Assembly (NCBI GenBank): GCA_002633005.1
Contig: NMRA01000283.1
Location: forward strand, 218,363-282,362
DNA length: 64,000 bases
Reading direction: 5' to 3'
DNA from: Phoronis australis
Lineage: Eukaryota > Animalia > Phoronida
A program made the position numbers and the translations under genes. The notes under the pieces were generated by a model that was given only the letters and a program-made list of their open reading frames with translations, did not search any database and was not told the DNA's origin. Below, one piece after another: positions 51,801-64,000 of this stretch; position 1 is the stretch's first letter, and each line of letters begins with the position of its first letter.

Positions 51801-54800
51801 TGATCCAGAAAAGGAGAAACTGAGAATTATAGAAGCTGCAGTAAAATTCATCAAAAATGACATAAAATCACTTACTCAGGAAAAGACTTATCCAGCTCCT
51901 AATGAAATTGCGGATGTGGAGCGTAATCTCTCATACCTTCCCGGTTCACTTCGACTGTTTCTTGACAAGCTTTTTGTAGAAAAGAACGCCTCCCTAAAGA
52001 TAGCTTCCATCGGTCAAGCAATTATGCAAGGTACAAGGCCTAGAGTCATTATTGCTCCACTACAGCTAGGTTTAGGTGTTCAAATGCACCATCTATTTGG
52101 CTCCAAGTTTGCAGTTGACACACTGAACAGTCTTGGTTTCTGCTCCTCATACAGAGAAGTCCAAAAGTTTGAGCTATGTGCAGCTAATCTGCAAGGCCCT
52201 GAAGTACCCCTTGTCACCCAAGGCCAGTCATTACAGTTCATGGCAGATAATGTCGATCACAACATTGTAACACTTGACGGGTTGAACACATTCCACGGAA
52301 TGGGAATCATTGCAGCAGTTACACCAGGAACCACGTGTCAAATAGCTGTACCCAGAAGTGACGAAACCGTTGCTGACCCGGAAAAGGGAAGAATACCAAT
52401 TCATTTTTACACCCCAGATGATACGACAAGGGAGCTTGTGTATGATAAACTGAACGTTGTTGATTACAAAGATAACACGTACTTGCTGGATGTTCTCTGG
52501 AAATCGATTTGGCCATTGAGATCACCACGACCTGGTTGGTCAGGTTATATGCAGAGTATATGTAAAGGAGAATATCCAGGACAAGCCACTATAACATTCT
52601 TACCAATGATCGATATGTATTCAGGAGACATGTCCTGCATATACTCTACACTGAAATTTGTTTCCTCAGAAGCTCACCGTCATAACGTTACTCCTATAAT
52701 AACGTTTGATCAACCACTGTGGTGGAAAGCCCAAGAAATTATTGCCAGCAAACCAAGCGACAGTGATCTTCAGTCAGTTGTTCTTAGGCTTGGCGGATTT
52801 CACACAGAGATGAGCTTTCTGGGATGTATTGGATATATAATGTCGGGCACAGGGCTTCAAGAAGTTCTTGAGACAGTGTACGCACCAAACAGTGTGGTCC
52901 ATATGTTAACTGGAAAAAGTGTGGATAGAGCAGTGAGGGGGCATATGTTGGTAGACTCGGCACTGAATGCTATTATAACAGCCAGAATATTCAACATCCC
53001 ACTTCCAAATATTGAAACATCAAATAATGCCAATCCAGAACCAATGACATCAGGATTTGAAGAAAGAAGTTCCGATTCCTCAGAAGTTCCAAGTTTCATG
53101 AGTGTCACCAACACAGAACACACAGACGAGAGTTCATTTATGGCTCCCGACATACTGCCACCGCTAGATTCAAACACAACTGAATCGGGATATAGGTGTT
53201 CTGAATTTGCAGTGACAGAGAACAGTTCATCAGAAAAATCAGTGGCTACTAATGTACTTGATGATGATTTGAAAAATGGTTTGAAACTCTATGATGATCT
53301 TATTGCTGGCCTGAAGTCTACGTGCAGAGACGTATGCTCGTCGGAGTGCCTTGTAAGAATCCATAAAAAAATCGAAGCACATAAATCAGACTTGTCCTTG
53401 CAAAGTCGAACCAGCAGTCTCTGGCTACAGTACATGAAGATGGTTGATATTCTTCGACTTTTTCTAAAAGCAGAAAGAACGTCAGATTGGGAACTTCACC
53501 TAAAAGCACTTTCCGAAATGCTGCCTTACTTTGCAGCTGCTGGTCACAACTCATATGCAAAATCTGCATACATATACTTGCAGCAGATGCAGCAACTCAA
53601 AGACACCCATTCAGACGTCTACAGCACCTTTGTTAACGGCCACCATGCAATAAGACGAAGTGACAGATTCTGGGCAGGCTTGTCGTCTGACCTTGTAATT
53701 GAACAAACGCTCATGAAAACCATTAAATCAACAGGAGGTTTAACTAGAGGTCGCGGAATGGGAGATATGCAGCGCACACAGTGGCTGCTTTCCTTGCCAG
53801 CATGCTCAAGTATAAATGGTGCCATGCAGAGTGTGACAAACTTGAGTTGTGAAACAAGTGAGCAACATAAAGAGTGTACCCAGGCAAGACAGGTGCGGGA
53901 TGACAAAGACATCCTCAGTCTTGTTGAATTCCTCCACAACAGGAACCCATTTGAAAGGGAAACATTGCAGAACATAGCCACTGGTGTGACTGCAGGTACA
54001 CGGGTCAATGCCGAAAATGCCAGAGAAGTGGGGAAGGCGATTCTCTTGTCTATGGAGGGGTCGAGTGTGAAAGATTTCACATTCAGAAAGAAAGACAAGG
54101 TTGTGGCAATGACAAGTCCATCAGTTCATGTTGCCAATACTGATTTTACGCAAGTGGATCCACAACTACTATTTCAGCGATTACTGGCAGCTGCAAAAGA
54201 CAACAGTGAAAGTTTATCAAGCCTTTTGAAGTTTGAGCTGTGTGTTGGTTCTCCCGCTCTTTTTGATACGTCTGGTCTTCCTAGAGTCGCTAATAAATCA
54301 ATATTAGCTGATGCACTCTGGTCCAGTGGGGGACTACCTGAGGATAACCAATTTCCAGAAACCACGGTGATGCATGTAATCGACGGTGGTTCTCTACTTC
54401 ATCGTATTCCATGGCCTAGAGGTGCAACGTTTCAGTTAGTTGGTAGAGCTTATGTGGATTACGTCAGCAAGTACACCCACCCTACTGTTGTTTTTGATGG
54501 TTATGGAGGTGGCCCATCAACCAAAGATGTCTCCCATGTTCGAAGACTGGGTGGGGTGGTTGGAACTGAAGTTCATTTCAATGGTGACATGGTGATCAAG
54601 TCAAAGAAGGAGCATTTTTTGGCAAACAGCAAAAACAAGCAAAGGTTCATTCATTTCTTGTCAAGTTTGCTACGAAATGCTGGTTGCAAAGTGGTACAAG
54701 CTCAAGGTGACGCAGACGTTTTAATTGTAGAGACAGCCATAGAGAATGCAGCACAAGGTCCTACTACCCTCATTGCAGATGATACAGACTTGTTGGTTCT

Positions 54801-56555
54801 TTTGTGTTACCATGCTACTTCACAACTATTTCCAATATTCATGAAATCTGACAAGAGGCACCAAAGCAAGAGGAGAATCTGGGACATCAAGAAACTACAG
54901 TTGTCTCTTGGTGCCGAAACGTGCGCGCTTTTACCATTTGCGCATGCAGTAGGTGGTTGCGATACAACGTCACGGCTGTTTGGCATTAGCAAGGCTCTGC
55001 CTTTCAAGAAACTGCGTGATCGAGAATTCTGCGAAAACGCTAGACCCATGCAGCTGAAGCAAGACATATTTGAAGCTGGTAAAAGAGTAGTGTCTATGCT
55101 TTATGGCGGTACTGGCTCTGGAAATTTGGATGAATTGCGATACAGGCGATTTGTGGAAAAGGTGTCATCAAGCGTAGCCCCAGTCCAAATACAGTCATTA
55201 CCACCAACTGCTTCAGCAGCTAAATTCCATGCTGCCAGGACATATTATCAAGTGCAAGAGTGGTCAGGTTTCCGTGGCAGTGGCCTAGACCCACTGGATT
55301 GGGGATGGATGCTGGCAGGTGGAAAACTCATTCCCATGACGACGGACCAGCCAGCAGCACCAGAGAACCTTCTGAAAGTAGTAAGGTGCTCGTGCAAGAC
55401 GGACTGCAGTTCCAAGAGATGTACTTGCAAGAAGTTAGGATTGCCATGTTCGGTTGCGTGTGGAGAATGCCATGGCATAAGCTGCAGCAATTCATTCTCG
55501 GTTGACAGCGAGTAGTTGTGTAAATACTGGTTGATTGTTTATAGATTTTGACCACGGTCTGAGAATTACTGATTCGAACAGACTTAGTAACATCACTAAA
55601 CGACAAGCCTAGTGTGATCTGTACGAGGACTTATAACCTGTTTAACTTGGTAATATATCTTGCTAAACCTTTCTCTTGTCTGAACTGTTGCTGTATTCAC
55701 AAACATTTACAACTAACTGGAGGTGACACAGACGGTCAACTGGTGTGGATAGTAGATCACTAAGTTAATCGCAGAAAATTATTTCGATACAACACATTTT
55801 TCAGGAGGAGAATGAACCTTCAGTCCAGGCGAACCTGATGTTTTGCACCCAAATAAGTTATTATTCATTTAACAATCTTGAAAATGGTAGTCATGATCAT
55901 CAGAGCCAGACAAAAAATTTTAATGGACATGTCGACCTAAAAAACTAAGGATAAAACATCTGTGAAGATGGCGTGTCTCTGGCATTTGGAGTTCTTACGA
56001 AGTTACTATTTGGTAGACATCTTAAAAATGGCAGAAGTAATCAGTAGAGCCAAACTCAGTGTGTCTCAATGGATTAGTCGACCCAGAAAACCTATGGTGC
56101 AATGTTTAAATCAAGAGGACACTAATCTGTTCGTGCGAAATTGTGCGACTCGAGTAGATTTGGCGGCCATCTTGGAAAATGGCGGACGGTGTCACCACAG
56201 CCATGCAAAACCATTTCCAATGGATTTGTTGACCCAAAAAACATAGGTAAATCTTTTTGAATTTTTACTCTATCACATTCCACTCTCGAGTTATAGTGAT
56301 CATCAGAAAATCTGGCGGCCATTTTGTCCGCCATCTTGAAAAACCAACTTCCGCCACTCCGATTTCGGTAGACTTTTTTTTTCCCACTAAGGGGTGTGAG
56401 AGGATACGATTTATGCAATAAAACCTTCTGTTGCAATTTTTTCCGGGTTATCCGTAGAATGACTGGACTATGAGCAAACATTCTTCCTTGAAAAACGTAT
56501 TATTTCGAGTACTGGCGCAAGGGCCTATATACGCGCATTCGGCCTATAAGGTAGT
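48852..56555 (+). mobile_element. Academ (AcademX-type) DNA transposon; ends tentative
   Basis: Contains the intact long ORF. Candidate TIR ACTACCTTATA (48852-48862) / TATAAGGTAGT (56545-56555), plus an 11/15 inner block. No TSD confirmed. Confidence 0.6.
50814..55515 (+). CDS. Academ transposase-XPG/FEN1-like nuclease-Cys-rich protein (~1520 aa), predicted intron 50836-50977
   Basis: Motifs DNVD..TFHGMG, TFDQPL, LGGFH, AERTSDW.LHL, DLVIEQ; PIN/XPG-type VIDGG, VVFDGY, DAD, DDTD, GCDTTS..FG (H3TH-like); LPPT; C-terminal CSC..C...RCTC..C...C..C....C. GTAAG donor and CTAAC-polypyrimidine-TAG acceptor keep the frame. Confidence 0.88.
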
Positions 56556-57115
56556 CTCCTTTCCAATCAAAACAGTCTGCACCCACTCCATCGTCTTGAT
56601 ATTCAAAGAGCTTTGAACACAGTTAAAGCTTGGACACAGTACGCCTGAACCCATCCGAAGGTAGAATCCCTAGTTTCGCCCCCGGGATTGCAATGGGGTC
56701 GGGGTAGATTTATTTTATACAGCGTGCGTGGTGATAACAGCTGGTTAATCGAAATTAGTGATATATTAACCGTCGGTCATGATGACGTAAGTTGTATAAC
56801 ATATGTATCATACATACATGACCAACATGTAAGATGCACAAACGTTGAATTACTGCTGGTGAGTTAAACGGCGGCAATACAAATGTTTCCCAGAACCCAA
56901 AGACAGATATTTTCCCAGGGATTGCAACTCTTTTCGTACCGAAAAGAGAACGAGAATGAAAGTTTAAATATCGGACAGTCATGGGCCTAATAGAATCGAA
57001 ACGAATTTGAAGATAAACTTTCATTAGAATCCAAAACATCTGAATTTTTAAGCTAACTCGGAGCGTTGTGTCTCAGTAAAATTCCACTACATAAATACAT
57101 GTTCATAAAATTTAA

Positions 57116-57865
57116 AGAGACATGGAACGCGAAAGCTCGTCAATATTATTTTTTATACAATTCCTGACGAAAGAACCCTCTCGCAACGTCTACTACAGAG
57201 TTTTTCCTTCGCCTGTATTTCAAAAATCGTGAATTTTATGATTTTTTTCTGTAAATTCTCTCACAGGGCGAAGTGAAAACTCTGTAGTCACAACAGAGTT
57301 TCTAATCTCCCTCCCACTGATGATAACTATACTCTCAAAGTCATTCGACAAACAGCTGACTGACAAGACGGATATTAACGGCAGGATATCACGCGTGATC
57401 GCACTCTGAATCTGAGGTCAACAGCACAGCATGAGGCAATCCAATGAAGCAAGCAATTTTCCAAAAATAATTCCAAGTAGATCGTGGAACATATTTGAAT
57501 ACTACAACATCTGTATAATTTTAAACAGTTAGGACTTTTAATCGGAGTGGCGGCTGCTTGATGTCGCCATTGTTTTGTTTACGTCAAAGGTCAAAGGTTA
57601 CATTTTCCATATAAGGGAAATGTGTTACGTCTAAGTCTTGCCATAGCACATAAGGAGACGTGCTTTGTCTTGTGGGAGAAAAACTGACAAAGTGACGAGC
57701 AGTTAACAGATTTTTTGGAAAACATGCTTTGACATCGGCAGAAATTAAAATTCTTTACGAACAAACCGTAAGAAATATCAGGTGAGCAGGCTGAATTCTC
57801 TTTCAATTGCAGAGAATCATTTTGAATAACGCAATTTAGTCTGTTTTTCGCTTTTCCAGACCTCT
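57116..57865. mobile_element. TTAA-flanked non-autonomous DNA element (Kolobok-like), copy 2
   Basis: TTAA|AGAGAC ... GACCTCT|TTAA; similar to 3491-4001. Confidence 0.7.
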
Positions 57866-59139
57866 TTAAAGGTTTCCATTATAATTCATTCCTTTTGTTT
57901 AAAAGTCAGTGCAAAATAATCGTGTTTACGTCGGAATGCTGTTTATTGGAGACAAATAAAACAAGAATAATCTATATTTTAAGTTGTATTGGGAATTTCA
58001 GGGTCACACCTCTGCAAATAAATATTTCACAGAAGGAACAAGTTGGGTTCCTTAATTACAAGAGATAACACGCACATTTCCGATACCAAAAGTGTAATTG
58101 AGTATCGGATACTAAGTGGCACAGGTTAGCATAGTACCAAATGGGTTCATACTACTAAATGGGTATTGACCGATTGCCTACCACTGGGTCGAGCAAAATG
58201 GCAAATTCAATAACAAGTAACAAGTGGGTACAAACTGCCAAATGGGCAAATATCATATAAAGTACCAAGTGGGTACACCAAACAGCCAACTGGGCTATAA
58301 CAACCTGCAAAGCAGGTTCCGGACAAGCTGAGTGAGCAGACCAGCCGGAGTGATAAAAAGAGATATTGTAAGGAACGTGGTGTTGTGGCTCAGTATGTGC
58401 CACATGCGCACGGTTGTTCATGGATGAACAATCCTGTTCATTGCCACAACCCGCGTGGGGGCCGTGACCCTGGTAGAGGAGTGGCAGGGGATACGGGAAA
58501 AAGGTAGTCGCAACCAATGAGAAAGGGACCGATGCCATTCTCAGATTTGCCTCCATATTTTGGTTGCTGTACATTACAGGCACCTCTACTGACACCATAC
58601 CACACCCACCTACCAGACACTGCTATGCCTTAACTACAAGAGAAATTGCACTACATAACAGTGCAGGAACAAACGTACCTGGAGGACCTGCAGTGGTTCC
58701 CACCGGAGCATCGCATGGCACAGGGCCACCCAAAGCTTCCGGCCGGGCCTTCCCCGTGACCAAGTGGCCCCCAAAACCCAACTCACGATCTCCTCATACA
58801 CTGTATGCTATGTCAGGTAGATTCTGACCAATGGGTAAATGAGGCAGGCAAAAAGGAGGTGGCATCATCGGTAATACCAAAATCACGTCAGCTCTATGGA
58901 GGTGGATACTCTCATTGCATCTGAGATCTCATATTGCTGAACAAACATACCGCTGTGGGAGTACATAGTTTCACAACGAAGCCACGGAAGCCAGGCAACT
59001 GTGCGAAAATAAAGTCGAGAGTTCCCTTCTTTACACTTTCCATGGACTGAAGGTCTTCTCGTCCGCAAGGCCTTAGCTGCTACAAACCCTTGCAACAATA
59101 GACCTAGCAACAACACCTTTTGCATGCCAAGGAACTTGG

Positions 59140-60128
59140 ACACAAACAAATTAAGAAATTCGTTCAAGACAGGTTATCATTGAGCAATGCAATAATTCAG
59201 ACATGTCAATTCATGCACCTATGCGCAAAAATAATTCCCCAACATTTGCCAACTTATATGATGTGGTGAAACAAACCAAAGACAAAGACAAGAAAATAGT
59301 TCTTAAGGCAGCCAGGGATGTATTTCCCTGTCTAGCTACGGCTTATGAGGCAGGTCGGCCAGTTGATTTGCCGTCTGTGCTCAAACGCGAGCTTCTTCCT
59401 GTCCATGTTGTCTTGCAGAAACGAGTGACACATTGCGCACTCAAGACAAATTTTCACTTGTCGAAGTATTAATAGTTAACACATCGACTGTCCTGAAACA
59501 ATTCAGCTTTATGACACGTCCGCTTGCCTCATTATTGATGGCGAAGCATTGCTGGTAGCTCTTGGGAAGCCTGATGGTAATGTGACCTTCGAAAACCTGG
59601 TTGATTCATTCATGAAAACAGTGCCAAACACAGGATTTCGATATCATAAAATTGATATTGTATTTGACAGATACAGACAAGAAACAATGAAGGACACAAC
59701 AAAAAAACAGCGCAGTTAAGGAACACGGCAAATCAGGTGATTTTTGGAAGGCCGTGATGTACCTCTTCCTCAAATCTGGTCAAATTTTCGGGCACTGGCT
59801 GAGAAGCAGACCTAGCACATTTCAAGTGAGAGGAACTGTGTTTGTAGACGCCTCAAGATAAAGAGGTTATGGTAGCAGGAGCGTTCAAAGATGAGCTGGA
59901 AGTCAATTAAATTATCTAAGGGTATGACTGATTTGAGGACTCTGAAATCCACAGTCCGTCGTGTTTTCCAGGGACACCCGATGTTCCACTGCTTCTGGTA
60001 TCGCACTTCCAACGAATACAATGTGGGCATATCTGAATGATGTCAGGCAAATCAAAGAAACGACGATATATACCTGGTAGTGGTGGTCCAAAAGAGACAC
60101 GAGGAGAACGAAAAGACAAACTCGTTCC
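59140..60128 (+). pseudogene. Decayed fragment of a second, divergent Academ-type protein (XPG-like region)
   Basis: LKAARDVF..VDLPSVLKRELLPV, then IIDG.ALL, IDIVFDRY and VPLPQ.WSNF in shifting frames; parallels QLLFQRLL..KFEL..VIDGG..VVFDGY of the intact ORF. Confidence 0.75.
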
Positions 60129-60141
60129 TAGACTCAAAGGT

Positions 60142-60382
60142 GAGGAGGCAGTGTGGCCTAGTTGATTAAGTGCCCGCTTTCTTTACTCGAGGTTGTGGGT
60201 TCAGGTCCTACCAGGTCACACTGCTAAACCCTTGAGCCAGGTTTCTAGCTCCTCAGCTCGGTTTTAACCATATATTAATAAAGCATAAAAATATTTCCAG
60301 GTGATCAGTGCAATGGGCCCACATGTGAGGCCTGCGCACGTCTGGTACAACGTGTATCAGACCGCCTGCACTTATTTTTTTA
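60142..60382 (+). mobile_element. tRNA-derived SINE with CORE-like segment
   Basis: 13-bp TSD TAGACTCAAAGGT (60129-60141, 60383-60395); A-box TGGCCTAGTTG; B-box GGTTCAGGTCC; CCCTTGAGCCAGG segment. Confidence 0.85.
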
Positions 60383-61878
60383 TAGACTCAAAGGTCGCAA
60401 GTAACTGAATCAGTAGGATTTAATTATAGAAACAATTAACTTCTGATGCCAATGTAACTTCAGTCTGTGCATGGTATCGTACTTATACTGTCTGGGTTTT
60501 TTATTATTCCAGTTAAAATTGTCGGTATATGTGCTTCATTATTTACCTCGATCATAAGGTATATGTTCATCGTGTTATTCCAGTAGGTTACTACTAGTGC
60601 TAGGATAGAAGAAATTTCGAGTTCAACAACGCTGACAGTAAAAGTGAAAACCATTCAGAAGAATCCAATATTAAAGGCAATCCTCGTGCTATTTTGGCAC
60701 GATTTTCACGAAACTGGGTACTAAGCAACCTTTTGTTGTTGAACATCGCCTTTCCTTTTCCCACGTACTTTTATTTGGGTTAGCATTCCTCGATTGGTAG
60801 AATGCTTAGATAGCGCTGTCGTTAGGTTTCGAGATCCACTTGAACAGTACTTTAGAGTCAAACACCGATCCCAGCGGTCCTAGCTGTGGAATAAATGTTT
60901 AAGTGCCCCGGCCTGAAATGCAAAGTGCTGAAATTATATAAGTGTATTCAGCAATACTGTTAAGTTTTCACTTTGAAGTAAATTGTTTCATCGAAAAACA
61001 TATGGTGAAAAGGGCGATGTTCTTTCCACCGAACAAAAAGGAATTGATTATACAAAAAAGCAGCTGGCAAATGTATCTGCAATTTCTAGTATAGTGCACT
61101 CGGAATACGGTACATTTGAACCAAACCATGTAAGTACATGTGAGGCCAATTATTAATTTCGGAGAAGTACAGCTTATAAAAGAAAATAGAGAATAAATAT
61201 GTCATTAACAGACGTTTTCATACGTTAATGTCGCAAGCCATTCGGAAAACGGCGTAATTATTGCAAAATTGCTCACCATGAATTTGTACTCAACCTCCAT
61301 AGCGTTTTCAGAAATGTACTAAGAGACAGTATGTGAAACAATTTTGTCAATTTCTGAAAGAACGAGTTTGCTTCCTCGAGTCCGTGATTGATCTGAGGGC
61401 AACGTTGGGATGGACACCACGTGCGTATGCTTGGAAAACACCTCGAGTTCTTATATAAATATTTACGAATATATCACTATTTACAGTCATTTGTTGAGTT
61501 ACACAAAGGGCTAAGAAAGTGATGTCGCACTTGCACTGTATAAACTAGCGCGTAGAATATTTATGACGACGGTAGACAAAGGTTCACAGTCTCCCTCTTG
61601 CAACACAGTCGGGAAACACAACAGCAAATTTGCTGCTACTTTGCTTTTCAGTATTCTTTAGTATGACGTAATTTTGACGTTGTTGACCTAATCAAACAAT
61701 ATTGAATGCCAAAATTAATAATGATAATGGTAAGAATGCCAAGATTTTACGTAGCTCTTAAGTTACTAAGTACTTTGAACATTATTACCGGGCTATGGAC
61801 CTGTTCAATTTTAATCCTTTAGACTTCCCTGGAGCATCGATGAGTGCAACTGGCTATTGTCGGCGCTCATCGATTAAT

Positions 61879-63054
61879 AGTCCTTTTTCAAGTTAATAAC
61901 AATAACGCGAGATTATGTGAGACTTAACTGTGACGTCACGGGAAGTGGGGCAAAAGCTCGTCGTTTGGCCATTTGCCCAATACGGCAGCAGAGTGTATTC
62001 TATTATCTTCTTCGAGTTTTTAGCCGTTTAGTTCGAAAAATGCCAAACAAGCATTGCTGTTATGGCAAATGAAATTCAGATTCGCACTACAATACATTAT
62101 ATCGTGTTCTGTACTAATTTCGTCCGGTGTATTTTAAACGGGCGGTAGGCGAAATCCGCTCACTGATTAAGTTTTCACCTCGCCAAAAATACATTCTACA
62201 TCTAAAATTATCACCTAAAAAGGCGCTTACTTTCTTCAGTGATTCCTTCTGAATCTAAACTTATCTTCGATGAAGCATAGCTACGAAAATTCAGGTGACT
62301 TTGGCGAAGAATTCCAATTCCTTTTTATGGTTACTGTTAACTTTGACCGCGCGCGCGATAACTACGAGGTATTTCAACTGAGTCAGGTGAGTATGAGGCA
62401 AAGGCTAGCGCGAGACTGATCGAAGCGCGAGTCCTGGCGCGTGACCTGGCGCGTGACACTTGCAAAATAGCATGAGAAAATATCAAGTGAAATTTGTAAG
62501 ATTTGTGTCCCTTGAACTCTTTGTTCGTCTACAGGCGTGACTTCACGCAACTTCCTCAAAATGGCGCCCAGTGAGAGAAACTCGAGCGAACCGCGAGGTT
62601 TTCATGGATATGTACTTTATATGTAACTTATTTGTAAACTAAATTGAGTCCAGAGTCAGGGTTTGTGTTACGTATAACTCCATGTGCACATATGCATGTT
62701 TCATTTGATTGTATTTGCTGTATTTTGAAGTGAGTAATTTTTTATGGGGCTACACTATCCCCCTGTATGTCTGCGGCATTCAGGCCTAGAGTGGGTTGAG
62801 TTCCCATTTCAGTCCGTTCACAGCTTCGCGCAACATAACAAATTCACATTTTCATCGTCCATCCACAGTTATTCCACGATCCATCTACCATCTCTTAAGT
62901 TGTGTTAACGTTTTAAGCGTAAAGTTCATCATAAGAACTCCAGTAAAATTTAGCGTGTGTACCAAAGACTCGGGGCAAAACAAGAGCAATATGGCGGGTT
63001 TTGCCCCCCTTCCGGTGACGTCACATTGACTAACGAGAAACTAGCAAGTGAGCT
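61879..63054 (+). mobile_element. Non-autonomous element with THAP-like start (ISL2EU/Harbinger-like)
   Basis: Subterminal inverted repeat TGTGACGTCAC.GGAAG.GGGGCAAAA (61929-61955 / 62999-63025); AT|AG..CT|AT ends; MPNKHCCYGK*NSDS at 62040. Confidence 0.55.
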
Positions 63055-63721
63055 ATTCCAAACACATTATTTTGTGCTAAAAACGCCCTCGTGGTTACTT
63101 GAATGGGAAAATACCCAAGACCTGAGAAATGTTTGACAATGTGGCGTGATTGAACGTTTTTATTCCTATTTGCGGGTCTGAATCGCGTCACAATAGTGGG
63201 GGTCTTGCACGCCCATTTATATCGCCGATAGGTTTGCTATTAGCGTGGGACGTTCCGCTCATCAGCTTTTCACGTACGTGAGTTTGAGAAGGGTTGGGCT
63301 TATCTGTTTTTAGTTTCTCGTATATTACCGACTGGCATGTGAGTGGTATGTCTCGCAAACTTGTATGTTTGATTGATGTAGACATTCTGAAGATCCTGCA
63401 CTTATTTAACGCAATAGATTATTTTTTTGTCACATTTAGGATACCAAATTCGCTTTTGGGCTATTAACAGACATTAAAAAACACTTTCCCATCCAGTTTT
63501 ATGAAACAAAATAATGCTTTCTAACCCTCGTCAACCTTCAAAAGTTTGGAGGAAAATTTGGAAACAAGCTTTCAGTCTGTTAAACTGGCAGGCGTGACCT
63601 ACGCTTTTAGCGTAGATCACGCTGTGGGAACCCAACAAGGATCACAATGTCCAATCTGTGACAGTAGGGGGTATGAGTTTTTAGTGGATTCCTGCTCTAA
63701 GTTGGAAGATGGACGCCAATG

Positions 63722-63958
63722 CTCGCTGGCTCCCTGCGTGCTAAGCCCAGCCAGCTCGCAGGTATCACGCAGTGGCACGCGCTTTAGCATTGGTAGATGT
63801 AACCTCGGCAGTCATTGGTTAGCTTTACAACACCGTGAAAAAATGGCGGACTGTGAACGATTTTTAGCCTTGTCATGCAAGTGGCGTCGCAGCAACTATT
63901 TCGTTTCTACAGTGATGTTTAATAGCCGCGTGCTTGAAGCACATACATGTACAATAAA
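63722..63958 (+). mobile_element. Partial second copy of the 29172-29738 element
   Basis: Starts CTCGCTGGCTCCCTGCGTG; shares GATGTAACCTCGGCAGTCATTGGTTAGC and TTGAAGCACATACATGTACAAT. Confidence 0.8.
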
Positions 63959-64000
63959 CACCAAATATCGACAGTCATCAACAGTAGAAAGTTGCATTCC

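Noticed and set aside
51253-55606. Antisense and alternative-frame ORFs overlapping the Academ gene
   Set aside because: Shadow ORFs of a long coding sequence with no motifs.

Overview
Eukaryotic, AT-rich, transposon-dense genomic DNA; the element mix and the GPCR suggest a marine invertebrate (inference only). One host gene piece is visible: the first coding exon of a class A neuropeptide-type GPCR (minus strand, 32029-32435), cut by an intron at the DRY motif, with no further exons found in the 32 kb downstream. The rest is mobile DNA: an apparently intact Academ (AcademX-type, transposase + XPG-like nuclease + Cys-rich tail) DNA transposon with a spliced ~1.5 kaa ORF, a decayed second Academ fragment, a full-length decayed Tx1/L1-clade LINE with a 17-bp TSD just upstream of the GPCR, two related CR1-group LINEs (one with a 2A-like peptide, both sharing a 3' stem-loop), tRNA-derived SINEs, many MITEs, three THAP-domain remnants, Penelope-type minimal hammerhead ribozyme motifs and a minisatellite with nested insertions. 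Family assignments come from motif recognition by eye; no database search was run.
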